The notes beneath the pieces were generated by a model. The model saw only the letters and a list, made by a program, of their open reading frames with translations, was not told the origin of the DNA and did not search any database. Both the position numbers and the translations under genes were made by a program. Source: Camelus ferus (Eukaryota). Taken from it: DNA of 64,000 bases. Numbering within the stretch: position 1 is the stretch's first letter; each line of letters starts with the position of its first letter. Of this stretch, positions 46,049 to 57,381 are shown one piece after another. Location: positions 17,112,001 to 17,176,000 of the forward strand of contig NC_045704.1 in assembly GCF_009834535.1 (NCBI RefSeq), in the 5' to 3' direction.

Positions 46049-47598
46049 CTGGGGGAAAGAAAGCAAAGAAGTATTCACAGCCTCCAGGCTCTAATTCCCA
46101 CCCTCTGAGAGGAGCACCTGCCCCCACAGGGTACCTGAGTTCCCTAGAAGTCAAAGCCCAGACACCCACTCCCTCTTAAACACCTCACGCCCAGTAGCTG
46201 CTCAGTACTTCCCAGGATAAGACTCATCACCTCCTGGGGCCACCCAATCCATGTCTACAGCAGCTCAAACTGTCAGGGTTACATTGTAAGCTGAGTTAAT
46301 GTCAGGATCCCTGCAATGCTGCCCACTGCCCTCCGGTCAACTGTCCTTGGCTCTCCCTGAGACCCCAACGAGTAAGTAGGCCTCTGCAGGCTCCCCAAAT
46401 CTCCTTCAGAGCCTGACCTCCAGACTATTTTTCCAAAAATTTTGTCAGTTCTGCCCTAGGACTGCCCTCCTCCTGTTATCCAAACCCCATGCGCTTACCC
46501 TCTGCAGGTAAGCTCACAAACCTTTTCACCCAACCAGCCACAGCACTTCCAGTAACCCAGCCAAGGGCTCAATAGCTTAAGGCCTGTGCACACATGGGGC
46601 TCCTGTGTCTTAAACCCTCCCAGCTCCTCACCTCAGGACTGCTGTCCTCTAGGAGTACTTCCCTCACAAGGATTAAGGGCATCAATTCTGGACACAAACC
46701 AGCAAGGTGTGAATCCTAGCTACCACTTTCTAGCTGTATTATCTGTAAGCCCCTGTGTGACAGGGCTTCTCACCTACCTCTTTGCACTTATTTCGATCTC
46801 TGCTCCTGCCACACTTGTCTCTGATACTGCCAAACTCCTTCCTGCCTCTGGGTTTGAAAGCTTGCCCTTCCCTCTGCCTGGAATTTTCTCCTCTGAGATC
46901 TATGCACTGCAGAGGCAGTGCAGTCTCAGTTCAAATGTCACCTTCTTGGAAAGGTCTTAACTGGTTATCAAGTCTTAAGGCGGCCTCCCTTCACTCTGAA
47001 GCACTCCACTCCCTACTCTCTCTGACTTTGCTCCATGACTTTATTTCAGTTTTTCTATAACCACACCTAAAAGCAAATCTTTCACCTGTCTCGATGTCTG
47101 ATTCCCCCACTAAATGTAAGCCTCACAGAAAAAACTTTGTCAGTCCAGTCCCTTTGTATCTCCTTTTCCCTGTTCCCCATTCCTCTACACATAGGATTCA
47201 GTCCTTATATGCAGGCAAGCTGCTTAACTTCTCTGAACCTGCTGTGTTTCCTTGTACAGTGGGGACAATGACTGGACTTCCTCTTAGGATTACCAAGAGA
47301 ATATAAGGTGACAGTATATATGAAGAAGGACTCAACACTGTGCCCGGCATGAAATAAGCCCTCCATAAAGAGTAGCCACAAACATCACTATTCATGTGGC
47401 CAAACTCCCCAAGCTCACCCCTCCCAATGCCATGTCACCTCCCTCTTATGTTTCTCATTGATACCCTAATGGGAGAGAAGAGTGAGATGGGACATACACA
47501 GTCTGATAATGGCACTCTCCATAGAGGCACCATGCGGGACCAGTGAAAGTAAGGCCCTCTCCCCACCAAAAGTCTTGCACCCTCCCATTCAACCATAC

Positions 47599-47926
47599 CT
47601 GGCCGACGCCGCTTACGCGCCAGGTGTGGCAGCAAGTCATGACGAGCCAGCACTCGCAGGAGTTGCCCCAGCAGTCGCAGGTTGCTCTCGTCGCACTGCC
47701 CGCGGCGCTCCAGCTCCATCAGCAGCTCCAGGCCGCTGCGGGCACGCGCCAGGCCGCCGGCGGCGCCGGGGACCTCGTCCAGCAGGAAGGCCAGCAGCTC
47801 CAGCTCGCACTCGGTCAGCTGCCCGCCCACCACCTCGAACATACGGTGAAGCGACAGCATTCCATAGTAGTCCAAGCACTCATCCTCCTCCCAGCTCGGG
47901 GCTGGGGTCGGCCCGGACAGCGCCAT
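47599..47926 (-). CDS. DEDD2: DEDD2 first coding exon (328 nt coding; MALSGPTPAPSWEEDECLDYYGMLSLHRMFEVVGG...RHDLLPHLARKRRRP), death effector domain
   Basis: ATG at 47926 in gatATGg context. DED with RxDL motif (RHDLL). Donor CCAG|gtatgg; likely acceptor ttctag|G at 47967. Confidence 0.98.
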
Positions 47927-48850
47927 ATCCAGGGGAGGGGCGTGCGGAACAAAATCAGAACCAGGGCCTAGAACCCACACAGCAGGGAGGAGGCATTGGT
48001 CAGTGACACCGGGGCCCAAACCTCATCCCCGCCAGTGAGTCTCTTCTGCCGCGTCCCGCGGTGCAGGGCCAACCTCACGTTCCAGCCGCTTTAGCCCCCC
48101 CTTTCTCCCACAAACAAATGGTATCGCCCAAGGTCCCCTAGTAACAGGTCGAGACGCCCGACCCCGCTCCGGCTGCCCGAGTCCGAACGCCCCTCCCCAG
48201 GTGGTATGTTCCGAACAACCTTCCGGATCCGACGAATTAATTCGGTACGAAACAGCCTAGGGGCCCAACGCGGGGCACCCCCGCAACTGCCCTTTGGTTC
48301 TGGGTAGCGCTGTCCGAACATGCCCCTGGGCTCCGTCCAGTGGTACTGTCAGATCAGCCTCACTGCTCCACCCAAGGGATGTGGTCCGAAAGTGACCCTC
48401 TGCCCCTACAGTGGGACCGACCAAAGCAGCCCTCTGCTCCACACAGGTGGTGCTGTCCAAACCCGAGCCCCGAGCCCTGTGAGGGAGGTACCGCCCTTTC
48501 CCCAGCACCTAGGTGGTCCAGTTTACCTGCCGCCAATCACCCTTAAGCCTCTCTAGATCCTCACCGAATTCCGGCGTCTAACGACTCCTGGGCGACGGCC
48601 GCAGGCACTTGTTTTGAATCTTTCTGGCACCTTCTCTATTATTACGCCTGCGTCACCTCGCCCCTCCTCCTTCCCCCTACTCGCGCAGGTGCGACCTCGC
48701 CACGCCCCTTAAGCGCAAGCGCAGAGTGAGGCTCCCAAGCCCCTCCTTCCGGGCCCGCCCCCAACCGTAGCGTCTGGCTGGCCTGTGCTGAGCCTGCGCT
48801 GAGCCTGCGCAGAGCCTGCGCAGAGCGAGAGCGGATCCTCGTCTGGGCTG
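47600..48850. promoter_or_regulatory. DEDD2: CpG island, DEDD2 proximal promoter with candidate non-coding exon 1a (donor at 48565)
   Basis: CpG-dense; minus-strand donor TCG|gtgagg at 48565/48564; GC box cccgcccc at ~48753; gcgcaagcgca NRF1-like motif. Confidence 0.75.
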
Positions 48851-49270
48851 GATATTGTACCACTTTGCGAGATTGCTTCTGTCCACAGACTTCTTGTTGC
48901 CCCATGTCACGATCTGTTGAAACTACTCATGTCATGGACTACAGTCCCCTCCCAGTCACGACCTAGACTCCCACATTACCACTGTTCCCACTTGCCTACG
49001 GCAAAGGACCACAATCATGACTTTCCTGGCTCCCAGAAGCGCCCTGGCCCCTTATGATCGGGATTTGGACTCTACTCCAGTAGACTGCCCTTTTATTCCT
49101 ATTGGCTACATCCCAGCTGTGCCATTTCATGATCCTGACTGGAATACCGCCATATCCAGCAGAAATCCTCCATCTATAAATTCCTTCCCCTATCAAGACC
49201 AGGATTCCCCCATTTCATATTATGAACTAATATATGCTTCTTGATTGCAGTAGACCCCTCCATCTCGACT

Positions 49271-49289
49271 GTGCACCCCCTGATGGCGT
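49271..49289 (-). promoter_or_regulatory. CTCF-like motif
   Basis: Reverse complement ACGCCATCAGGGGGTGCAC (core CCATCAGGGGGTGC, two tolerated mismatches). Confidence 0.45.
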
Positions 49290-50094
49290 CCATCACGACT
49301 CCCCCATTACAGTGAGACAACCCCCCAGGAACTCCAACGCCCTCGCCTCCATAACCTCTTCCAGTCGCTGCCCTCCAAGGTCACAGGGACTCCCAATACC
49401 CTCTTTCTAATCTGCAACTACGAGTTTCTCTCTGGTAAGAGTGGGTCTCTCTCAAGAGAGTTGGCGTGGAGGGTGCATGTCCGAGCGTCCCCCACCCTCC
49501 TCCTACCCCGTGGCGGGGGCCCTGGGCGTGGCGGCTAGCCCTCCTCCGACTTAGGTGACTCAAGGTCAGAGCCTGCACGTGCCTTGAGACAGGTTCCCAT
49601 GGACCCGTTCCCACCCTCAGAATTACCCCTTGGGAGGTTGGCACTGACTCAACACTAGCTCTGCTTGGGCTGCAGCAGTGACCTCGAAAGAGTCCTTTCC
49701 TCTCTCCCTGATGGCAATTGTCACCTACTGAAACCCAGTCCTGGGCCGGAAACACAGCAGGTGGCCAATAAATGAATATCATTAAGTCAACTGAAGAGTG
49801 GGAGGGAAGGGAAAGCAATTTTACAAACTGTTAAGGACTATGTCCATATTAGATGGGTTATGGTGAGCATCCACGGTGTAACAGGCTTTGTGCTAAGTGC
49901 TTTTATGTGTTTGATTTCATCCAATCCCTTCAACAGCCTTTGAGGTGGATGTGATTCAAGCCCATGTTACATAGGAGTAAAAGTGAAGCCCAGAGAGGGG
50001 AAGCACCCAAGTGTGTTTGACTCCAGGCTGTGCTCTCGGAGATGCTCAGTCTCTTCAGTTATGAAATGACACCTCTGTCAAGGTCTCCCGTCAC

Positions 50095-50560
50095 CTGGGC
50101 CACTCCATGGCCCCTCGCTTTCCAATGATGCTCTGCACTTGCAGACTTTCGGCAGAGCAGCCCGAGAGAACTGCGCAGGCGCTTCTCCGAGCCCCGAGCC
50201 CCGCCCACAGGGCACGATTGCGTGCGTGGAGAAACTCGCCGAGCCCCGCCTGAGCGTCCACACGCAGGCGCAAGAGCGCGTGCCCTCTGCTTTCGGCTCT
50301 GATTGGCCGTCACGGGTAAGGGCACCGCCCAATGGGAGGAGTGGATAGTGAGGGGTCCCGCACGCCTGGAGCAAGAGGGTCTGTGTCAGGAGCGGCGGGG
50401 GCTGCAGGAGACGAGAGAGACGGGTGAGGGCGCCGCGGGGCTGGCCGGTGAAGAGAGTGCTGGGCGTATGGAGAGGGCGGAATGAGAAGGAAGGGGACAT
50501 CGGGGGTCGAGGAGCTTTGGGGCCTGCGCGAGGGAGGGAGCGGCGCGGAGTGGAAGGGGA
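50095..50560. promoter_or_regulatory. Bidirectional DEDD2/ZNF526 CpG-island promoter
   Basis: NRF1-type tgcgcaggcgc 50172-50182 and cacgcaggcgca ~50260. Two CCAAT boxes in opposite orientation (attgg 50302-50306, ccaat 50329-50333) flank a CRE half-site cgtca. Divergent donors: minus CAG|gtgacg at 50095 (DEDD2 exon 1b) and plus CGG|gtgagg at 50423 (ZNF526 exon 1). Confidence 0.85.
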
Positions 50561-52255
50561 ACGCTCCTTCCTATGTGCCCTGGAGCGTTGATTGAGCCCC
50601 TGTGGTGTGCAGGAGCCTACGCTTGAGCTCCTTGGCCCTCCACCTCTTTCAGAGAGCTTTCAGGCTGAGGAGTTGTTGATGAGTCTGGTCAGAGAAAAGG
50701 GATGTGTCTCGGGAAAGCTGAACTTCCAGGCCCCTGGTGGGCTCTTTCCTGGAAGGACTTATTAATCTACTGTATAAGAAAAACCCACCCAAGCAGTTCA
50801 TAATCCAAGATTGGGAAGGGGGGAATGTAGACTAGGAAAGTCCAAATTTCAGGTCTCTCAGGCCACCTTCTAGACATTCACTGGGTATCTACTATGTATA
50901 AGTCATGCACCAGGCACTGGGCCTCTCAGGAAGGGAATTCTCTGGAGTGGGGCTGTACACAATGAAAAGTTGAACTCTCAGGCCCCTGATTGACTGCTTC
51001 CAAGAAGGTCCGTTGTTGAATGGTGGTTGTGTGCCAGGGCCCTGGCAACTAAAAAATTAGTGAGGGAGTTGGAAAGTTTAGCTCTTGGGCTTTTAGGGAA
51101 TCGTTTACTCAAGGAGCAGTTATTAGACACCAGCTGATAACAGGACCCCTTGCTGGGCCTTGTTACTGTGGGAATTCACAGTCTAATAGGAGGGCTGCTC
51201 TGGTGGGAGAAGTGATAAGGGACAGTTAAACTCTGGGGGCCACACTTCCTGGAGGGAGCATTATTCATTCACTATCTACTGAGTGCCATTTGTGGTGAAC
51301 AGACTAAAATCCCTGCCCTCTGGGACCTTAACACAAGCAACTTTTGTGTGCAGGGCTGTAAGCTGAACTCCACCTGCCCTCTAACACTAACAGATGAGTT
51401 GAAGAGATGGAGATGGTAGAGGTTTTATTTGGAAAGTTACTTCTAGGCCTGAATGGGGGACATTTGCTGTAGGGACTCTGAGCCTCTGCTATGTGAAGGG
51501 GCCTGGGGTGGGTTGAGCTCACACATGTAGAGGGGGAGATGGGGCACACAGAGGAAGTTCAAAGGTTAAAATCCTTCTCCTTGGTCAGTGGTTTTATTGC
51601 TGACAACAGCCCCTACAACAAATCAGACCTGCCCTGCCTGCAGGCTGAATCTGGTGGGGAGCACAGAGACTCTATCCCATGTTCATGATATTTGCTATGA
51701 TAGAGGTGGCACAGGATACCATAGGAACCCCAAGGAGGAGGGAGTGATCACCACCCTGTGGGTGTAATTATGTTATTTTAAAAGGTTTCACAAAGGAAAT
51801 ACTGGATAGGAGTTTGCTAGACCAGAAGAGGGAACTTTCTTGGCAGATGGAATCACAGCATCAAAGCCTTGGGGTCCAAAGGCAACATTTCTGCAGAATT
51901 AGAAGTAATGATTCTACCTAATGTTTATCAGGTACCAGGGACTTTGCAGTTATTACTACTTTTAGCTCCCTTTCACAGATGAGAAAACAGTCTCAGAGAG
52001 GTGAAGTAAATGGTGGAACTCAAAGTCAAGCGAAGGGCAGTCTGGTTCCAGAGCCTGTGCTCTGAAACACTTTGTTTTGCTGCATCTCTTTGTATATGTT
52101 GATGAAGGAAAGCTGCTGCACGGAGAGGAAACTGCACAGGCAAAGGCCAAGAGGCCCACAAAGACACATTATGTTCTTGGAAAGGGTGTACCTGGCCCTC
52201 TGGGTAAGGAAGGTGGCATCAGAGGCCAGACTGAGGAGGACTGTCTCTCCTGCAG

Positions 52256-52315
52256 ATGCCTGGCCACCATGGGATGCAGGTCAACTACAGAGTCACAGGC
52301 TCATTGAAGACCGAG
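52256..52315 (+). other. ZNF526: Candidate 60-nt non-coding exon 2 of ZNF526
   Basis: Acceptor ctgtctctcctgcag|A and donor GAG|gtataa. A small untranslated middle exon is expected from the human gene structure (recall). Confidence 0.6.
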
Positions 52316-52463
52316 GTATAAACACTGGCTCCAGACTTTCTGGTTGGTAGAGGCTGGTGAGTGACTTGATGGGCAAGAGGACTCCTGAGACATCCCCTCT
52401 CCCCTTGAGTTCCTAGTGTCTCACTAGGTCTCCCTTCTTTCTCCAGGCACTGCCTTCCACACA

Positions 52464-54488
52464 ATGGCAGAAGTGGTGGCTGAGGTGGCTGAGGTGGCTG
52501 AGATGCCAACACAGATGACACCAGGGGCAATGGAGATGTCAACACCGATGTTAGGGGAGAAGACAGAGATGTCAACAGAGGTGACCGAGATGACACCTGG
52601 AGAGGCCCTTGCCTCATCCCTCTTCTTCCAGTTCATGTGCTCTGAGTGTGGCAGCCTCTACAACACACTGGAGGAAGTCCTCTCACACCAGGAGCAGCAT
52701 GTGCCCACTGTCACAGAGGAGGAGGAGGCGCTGACCACCCTGGACACTGGCCTGGAGCCAGAGCTAGTGCCAGGCACTGAGGATGGGCCTTTCCAGTGCG
52801 GTGAGTGCAGCCAGCTCATCCTCTCCCCCAGTGAACTCCTGGCCCACCAGGACGCCCACCTCCGGGAGTCTGCAAGCCAGATCCAGTACCAGTGTGGAGA
52901 CTGCCAGGAGCTGTTCCCCTCACCTGAGCTGTGGGTGGCTCATCGCAAGGCCCAGCACCTTTCTGCTACAGCAGTTAAACCTCCAGTGCCACCTCCTCTG
53001 CCTCCCCTGACACCACCACCTCCACCCCCTGCTCCACCCGAAATCAAGATGGAGCCCTATGAGTGTCCCGAGTGCTCTACCCTCTGTACCACCCCTGAGG
53101 AGTTCTTGGAGCATCAAGGCACCCACTTTGACTCCCTAGAGAAAGAAGAGCGCAACGGGCTAGAGGAGGAGGAGGAGGAAGATGAGGATGAAGAAGATGA
53201 GGATGAAGAGACAGAAGATGAGGAAGAGGCAGCAGCAGAGGTTGGTGATGATGCTGTGGGAAGTGAGAAGTCCACAGCCAGCCAGGTCCAGGCTTGTGGG
53301 GATTGTCCACAACACTGGACTTCACCAGCAGCACGCAGGCGACACCAGCGGGCATCCCATGGCCCAGCATCGGTGGCTCACCCCTTCCACTGCAGCCAGT
53401 GCCAGCGCAGCTTCAGCTCAGCAAACCGGCTGCTGGCTCACGGGCGGGCCCATGTCGGTGGCACACATGAATGTACAGCCTGTTCCAAGGTCTTCAAGAA
53501 AGCAGCCTCACTGGAGCAGCACCTGCGGCTGCACCGCGGCGAAGCCCGCTACCTCTGTGTTGACTGTGGCCGTGGCTTCGGCACAGAACTCACATTGGTG
53601 GCCCACCGGCGGGCCCACACCGCCAACCCATTGCATCGCTGCCGCTGTGGCAAAACTTTCAGCAACATGACCAAGTTCCTTTATCACCGGCGTACTCATG
53701 CTGGCAAGAGTGGGGCACCCCCCACAGCGGTGGTGGCAGCCTCCCCGGCTCCAGCAGAGCCCACGCCCCCACCACCACCCCCAACCCCACCTGCCCAGCT
53801 GCCCTGCCCACAGTGCTCCAAGTCATTTGCCTCAGCCTCCCGGCTCTCCCGTCACCGGCGCGCAGTCCACGGGCCTCCTGAGCGGCGGCACCGCTGTGGT
53901 GTTTGCGGCAAGGGCTTCAAGAAGCTAGTCCACGTGCGTAACCACCTGCGGACGCACACAGGCGAGAGGCCCTTCCAGTGCCACTCCTGTGGCAAGACTT
54001 TTGCTTCTCTGGCCAACCTCAGCCGGCACCAACTGACCCACACGGGCGTGCGTCCTTACCAATGCCTGGACTGCGGCAAGCGCTTTACACAAAGCTCTAA
54101 CCTGCAGCAGCACCGGAGGCTGCACCTGCGGCCAGTCGCCTTTGCCCGTGCACCCCGCCTCCCCATCACTGGTCTCTACAACAAGAGCCCCTACTACTGC
54201 GGGACCTGCGGCCGCTGGTTCCGTGCCATGGCGGGCCTGCGACTGCATCAGCGGGTCCATGCCCAAGCACGGACAGTGACGCTGCAGCCTCCCAGATCAC
54301 CTCCTACCGCCCAGCCCCCGCCCCCCGAGCCTCAGCAGACGATCATGTGCACAGAGCTCGGAGAGACCATTGCCATCATTGAGACGTCCCAGCCACTGGC
54401 ACTTGTGGACACACTGCAGCTGTGCCAGGCGGCACTGGGGGCTAGTGAAGCAAGCGGACTGTTGCAATTGGACACGGCCTTTGTGTGA
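52464..54488 (+). CDS. ZNF526: Zinc finger protein 526 (674 aa; about 14 C2H2/C2H2-like fingers, acidic tract, poly-Pro linkers), single coding exon
   Basis: Intact ORF MAEVVAEVAEVAEMPTQM...LLQLDTAFV matches ZNF526. Acceptor ttctttctccag| at 52447, 17 nt upstream of the ATG. TGERP-type linkers are present. Confidence 0.98.
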   Translation: MAEVVAEVAEVAEMPTQMTPGAMEMSTPMLGEKTEMSTEVTEMTPGEALASSLFFQFMCSECGSLYNTLEEVLSHQEQHVPTVTEEEEALTTLDTGLEPELVPGTEDGPFQCGECSQLILSPSELLAHQDAHLRESASQIQYQCGDCQELFPSPELWVAHRKAQHLSATAVKPPVPPPLPPLTPPPPPPAPPEIKMEPYECPECSTLCTTPEEFLEHQGTHFDSLEKEERNGLEEEEEEDEDEEDEDEETEDEEEAAAEVGDDAVGSEKSTASQVQACGDCPQHWTSPAARRRHQRASHGPASVAHPFHCSQCQRSFSSANRLLAHGRAHVGGTHECTACSKVFKKAASLEQHLRLHRGEARYLCVDCGRGFGTELTLVAHRRAHTANPLHRCRCGKTFSNMTKFLYHRRTHAGKSGAPPTAVVAASPAPAEPTPPPPPPTPPAQLPCPQCSKSFASASRLSRHRRAVHGPPERRHRCGVCGKGFKKLVHVRNHLRTHTGERPFQCHSCGKTFASLANLSRHQLTHTGVRPYQCLDCGKRFTQSSNLQQHRRLHLRPVAFARAPRLPITGLYNKSPYYCGTCGRWFRAMAGLRLHQRVHAQARTVTLQPPRSPPTAQPPPPEPQQTIMCTELGETIAIIETSQPLALVDTLQLCQAALGASEASGLLQLDTAFV

Positions 54489-56709
54489 CAGAGCTGAAGA
54501 GCAACAGTAAAAGAGTTTGGTTGCAAAAGCAAGTGTGGGCACTCCTGGGGAGAAAGGGGACCACCCTCTGGCAAGCCCCTCTGGTGCCCATCAGGTGCCA
54601 GCATCCGCCCTGGCCTCTTACTCCCTGACTCCTCAGAACGACCCCATCAGTTGTCATCTTCCTCTGCCTGAGGGGACATTGGAGCTCTGAGACATGATAT
54701 GATCTATCCCAGGTCACCCCACTGCATTGCAAATCGGGGTTCTCCGAGGCTCTTTGCTCTGCATCACCCTGGTGCCCAGCAACATCAGGTAACCTTTCCT
54801 GAGCCCCAACCATGTGCCAGGTCTATGCTGGGTACTGTCACATACCTCTGCGGGTCCTCTGCTTATCCCCCCAGCCCTAGCCTTCCCTGGACTCAGGGCT
54901 CCAAGGACTTGGCTCTGCCTGATGGAAGAAGGCACTTGACTTCTCTGGGCTTCCTGAATCTCACTTTTGACAGCATGGAGGGAAATCTGTAGGTACCCTG
55001 GTACTCAACTGCAGACTGGGTGATACTGGAGACCCAGGAATGAGTCAGACATGGGCTCCCCCAAGAGCCACCCAGTGTGGTCAGAGGAGCATACACAAGT
55101 ACAGATGGCCTTGCTCTTTGAGTGTCTTGTTGATTTATTCAGCCTGGGTGTCCTAAGGCCACCTTCCCATGTGCTGGGTAACACTGCGGGCCAGAGGTGA
55201 ATCAGGCCTCTGCCCTCCCCCTGGTCAGGGCAGACAGATCTCAGCCCCAAAGATCCTCAGGGCTGCATTGGGGATGTCCAGGGACAGTAGGATCCCACAG
55301 CAGAGACCAAACCTCTGTGGTAGATCAGGAGTCAGACTTCCTAGAGGCGGTAATCCTTGAAGAAAAAGTAGAAATCTGCTAGTGGAAGAGGAAGAAAATA
55401 TTCCAGGCAGGCAGCACTGCAAAGAGGGGAGTTCTTGGTATACTTGGAGATAGTCCAGTTATTGACAGCCACAATAACAGCAAACATTTGACTGCCTAGC
55501 CGTGGCAGGCACCGCAGTTAGCACTACTATACATGTATTATGATCCCAGCAGGCCTGTGAGGTGATCTCAGTGTCACCCCAAATAAGAAAATAGGGACAG
55601 AAACTTGCCCAAGTTCTCATAGCTAGGCGGAGGCGTCAGCGGAGATTGGCATCCAGGTGGTCTTTTCAGCCCGTATCTGTAATCAGTGCTGTTGAGTGAT
55701 TGTGACCTGAAACGAGTGCAGGAGTCGGGCTCAGAGGAGTCACTGTGACTGGAAGAAAAGCGAATCACTTGTCACAGAGCAGCTGGGGTTTAATGGGGCC
55801 TGGAAAGATCAAAGTTCTTGGGAGCAAGAGGGAATCCCCAACCTTTTCAAAGGTTACTCGGGGTAACAATCTTTCCCTCTCTAACTAGAAGCAGATGATT
55901 TATGGCAGGTCCGTCAGACAGGCTCCTCCCAGGGTTCTGCAGACCAAGGTGCTCAGACAGGTGCAGCAGAACATGGCTGCAGCTGGGCTGCCTAGGAGGG
56001 AAGCTGGGCAGAGAGGCGATGAGGCAGGGAAGGAGGGAGACCTAGACCTGGGAAGGCCTTGAAAGCTCGCCTAAGAAGCTGGGGCAGTGACGGGAGAGGC
56101 TCACAAGTGGGGATTAGGGCTCCCTGGCATTGGGGTGGGACAAGGGGGAAGCTGGAGTTGGTCCAGGAGGGAGAGGATAGAGCCAGACCTGGCAGAAGTC
56201 ATGGCGGTGGGACAACCTGTTAGGGTTTGGGGACAGCAACTCTGCCCCATCCATGTCCACCAAGAGTCTACACCCAGATTGTTCCGGCCTGAGTGCCCCC
56301 CCCATCATCCTGTGTCCCCCTAAAGCGGCCAATAGCTCAGGCTGAGACAGGGACCCTCTTGTTCAAACCTTGACTTTACACTCTGTGGCCTTGACCTATC
56401 TAATGGCCAATTCTCACCAGTCACCAAGGAACGACAGTGCTTCCCTCCCTAAGTGGAAGCAGATGATCTGTGCTGGGTCTGGGGGGGCAGGGTCCTCCCA
56501 GGCCCTTGAGTGGATAAGCCAGACCCAGCTCATCGTGACACATGAGGAGCTGAAATGCAGGAAGCTTGAGCACCTGAGCCAGGGTCACTCTACCCTGCTC
56601 CCTTATCAGGAGATCAGCCCACTCCTGTCCCAGGACAGGCCCCTCAGGCACATCCCTCACCTCTCTGAAAACAGGTGGCCAGACAGGAAGCAGGTTTTCA
56701 TGCCAATAA

Positions 56710-56715
56710 TTTATT
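56710..56715 (-). terminator. GSK3A: GSK3A polyadenylation signal AATAAA
   Basis: tttatt on the plus strand ~590 nt downstream of the GSK3A stop codon. Confidence 0.85.
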
Positions 56716-57078
56716 GAACGGAGGTCTGTACACAGGCAAACCTTACTGTGAAAACTAAGACATCAGGAGCTCCCCCACTGCCCCTGCCCTCCAGGGTTGG
56801 GTGAGGAGGGAGGAGGCCTTAGGGGCAGAGGACAGGAGAGGGGGGACACAGCTGTAGGAGGGGAAGGGACCAGGTTGGACGGTGTGAATCGACATTTTCT
56901 TTAAGAAAAAAATTATAACAATCTATTTACACCCGGGGGCCAGGGAAGGGAAGAGGAGAAGAGGGGCTGGTCTGGTTCTATTTACAAGGGACACAAGAGG
57001 GGAGGGGGGTTGGAGAAGGTGGAGGTGTGGGGGGGGAGGCGAGGGGGTAGGAGGTCCTCATGCCCCCAACCCCTTGTC

Positions 57079-57226
57079 NNNNNNNNNNNNNNNNNNNNNN
57101 NNNNNNNNNNNNNNNNNNNNNNNNNNNNNNNNNNNNNNNNNNNNNNNNNNNNNNNNNNNNNNNNNNNNNNNNNNNNNNNNNNNNNNNNNNNNNNNNNNNN
57201 NNNNNNNNNNNNNNNNNNNNNNNNNN
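57079..57226. other. Assembly gap (148 N) in the G/C-rich GSK3A 3' UTR
   Basis: Run of N seen directly. Confidence 1.
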
Positions 57227-57307
57227 AGCTTGTTGGGCTATGGCCCCCCTACCCCGTTCCCAGCCCCTACTTGGGGCTCCCAGATGGAAGGGTAGTCGGT
57301 GGGGCCT

Positions 57308-57381
57308 TCAGGAAGAGTTAGTGAGGGGAGCTGTGGCATCAGTCGACTGCCAGTCCGGGCCGGTCTGAGCCTCACTTAAAG
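57308..57381 (-). CDS. GSK3A: GSK3A exon 11 coding part (74 nt; ALSEAQTGPDWQSTDATAPLTNSS*)
   Basis: Acceptor cacctcag|CT; TGA at 57310-57308; matches the GSK3A C-terminus. Confidence 0.96.

Noticed and set aside
47915-47924. GGACAGCGCC, a perfect right half of an RE1 site at the DEDD2 start codon
   Set aside because: It is the antisense of the codons for M-A-L-S and the left half-site is absent.
47482-48006. Plus-strand 174-aa and 142-aa ORFs over DEDD2 exon 2
   Set aside because: Antisense shadows of GC-rich coding sequence; no independent splice or homology support.
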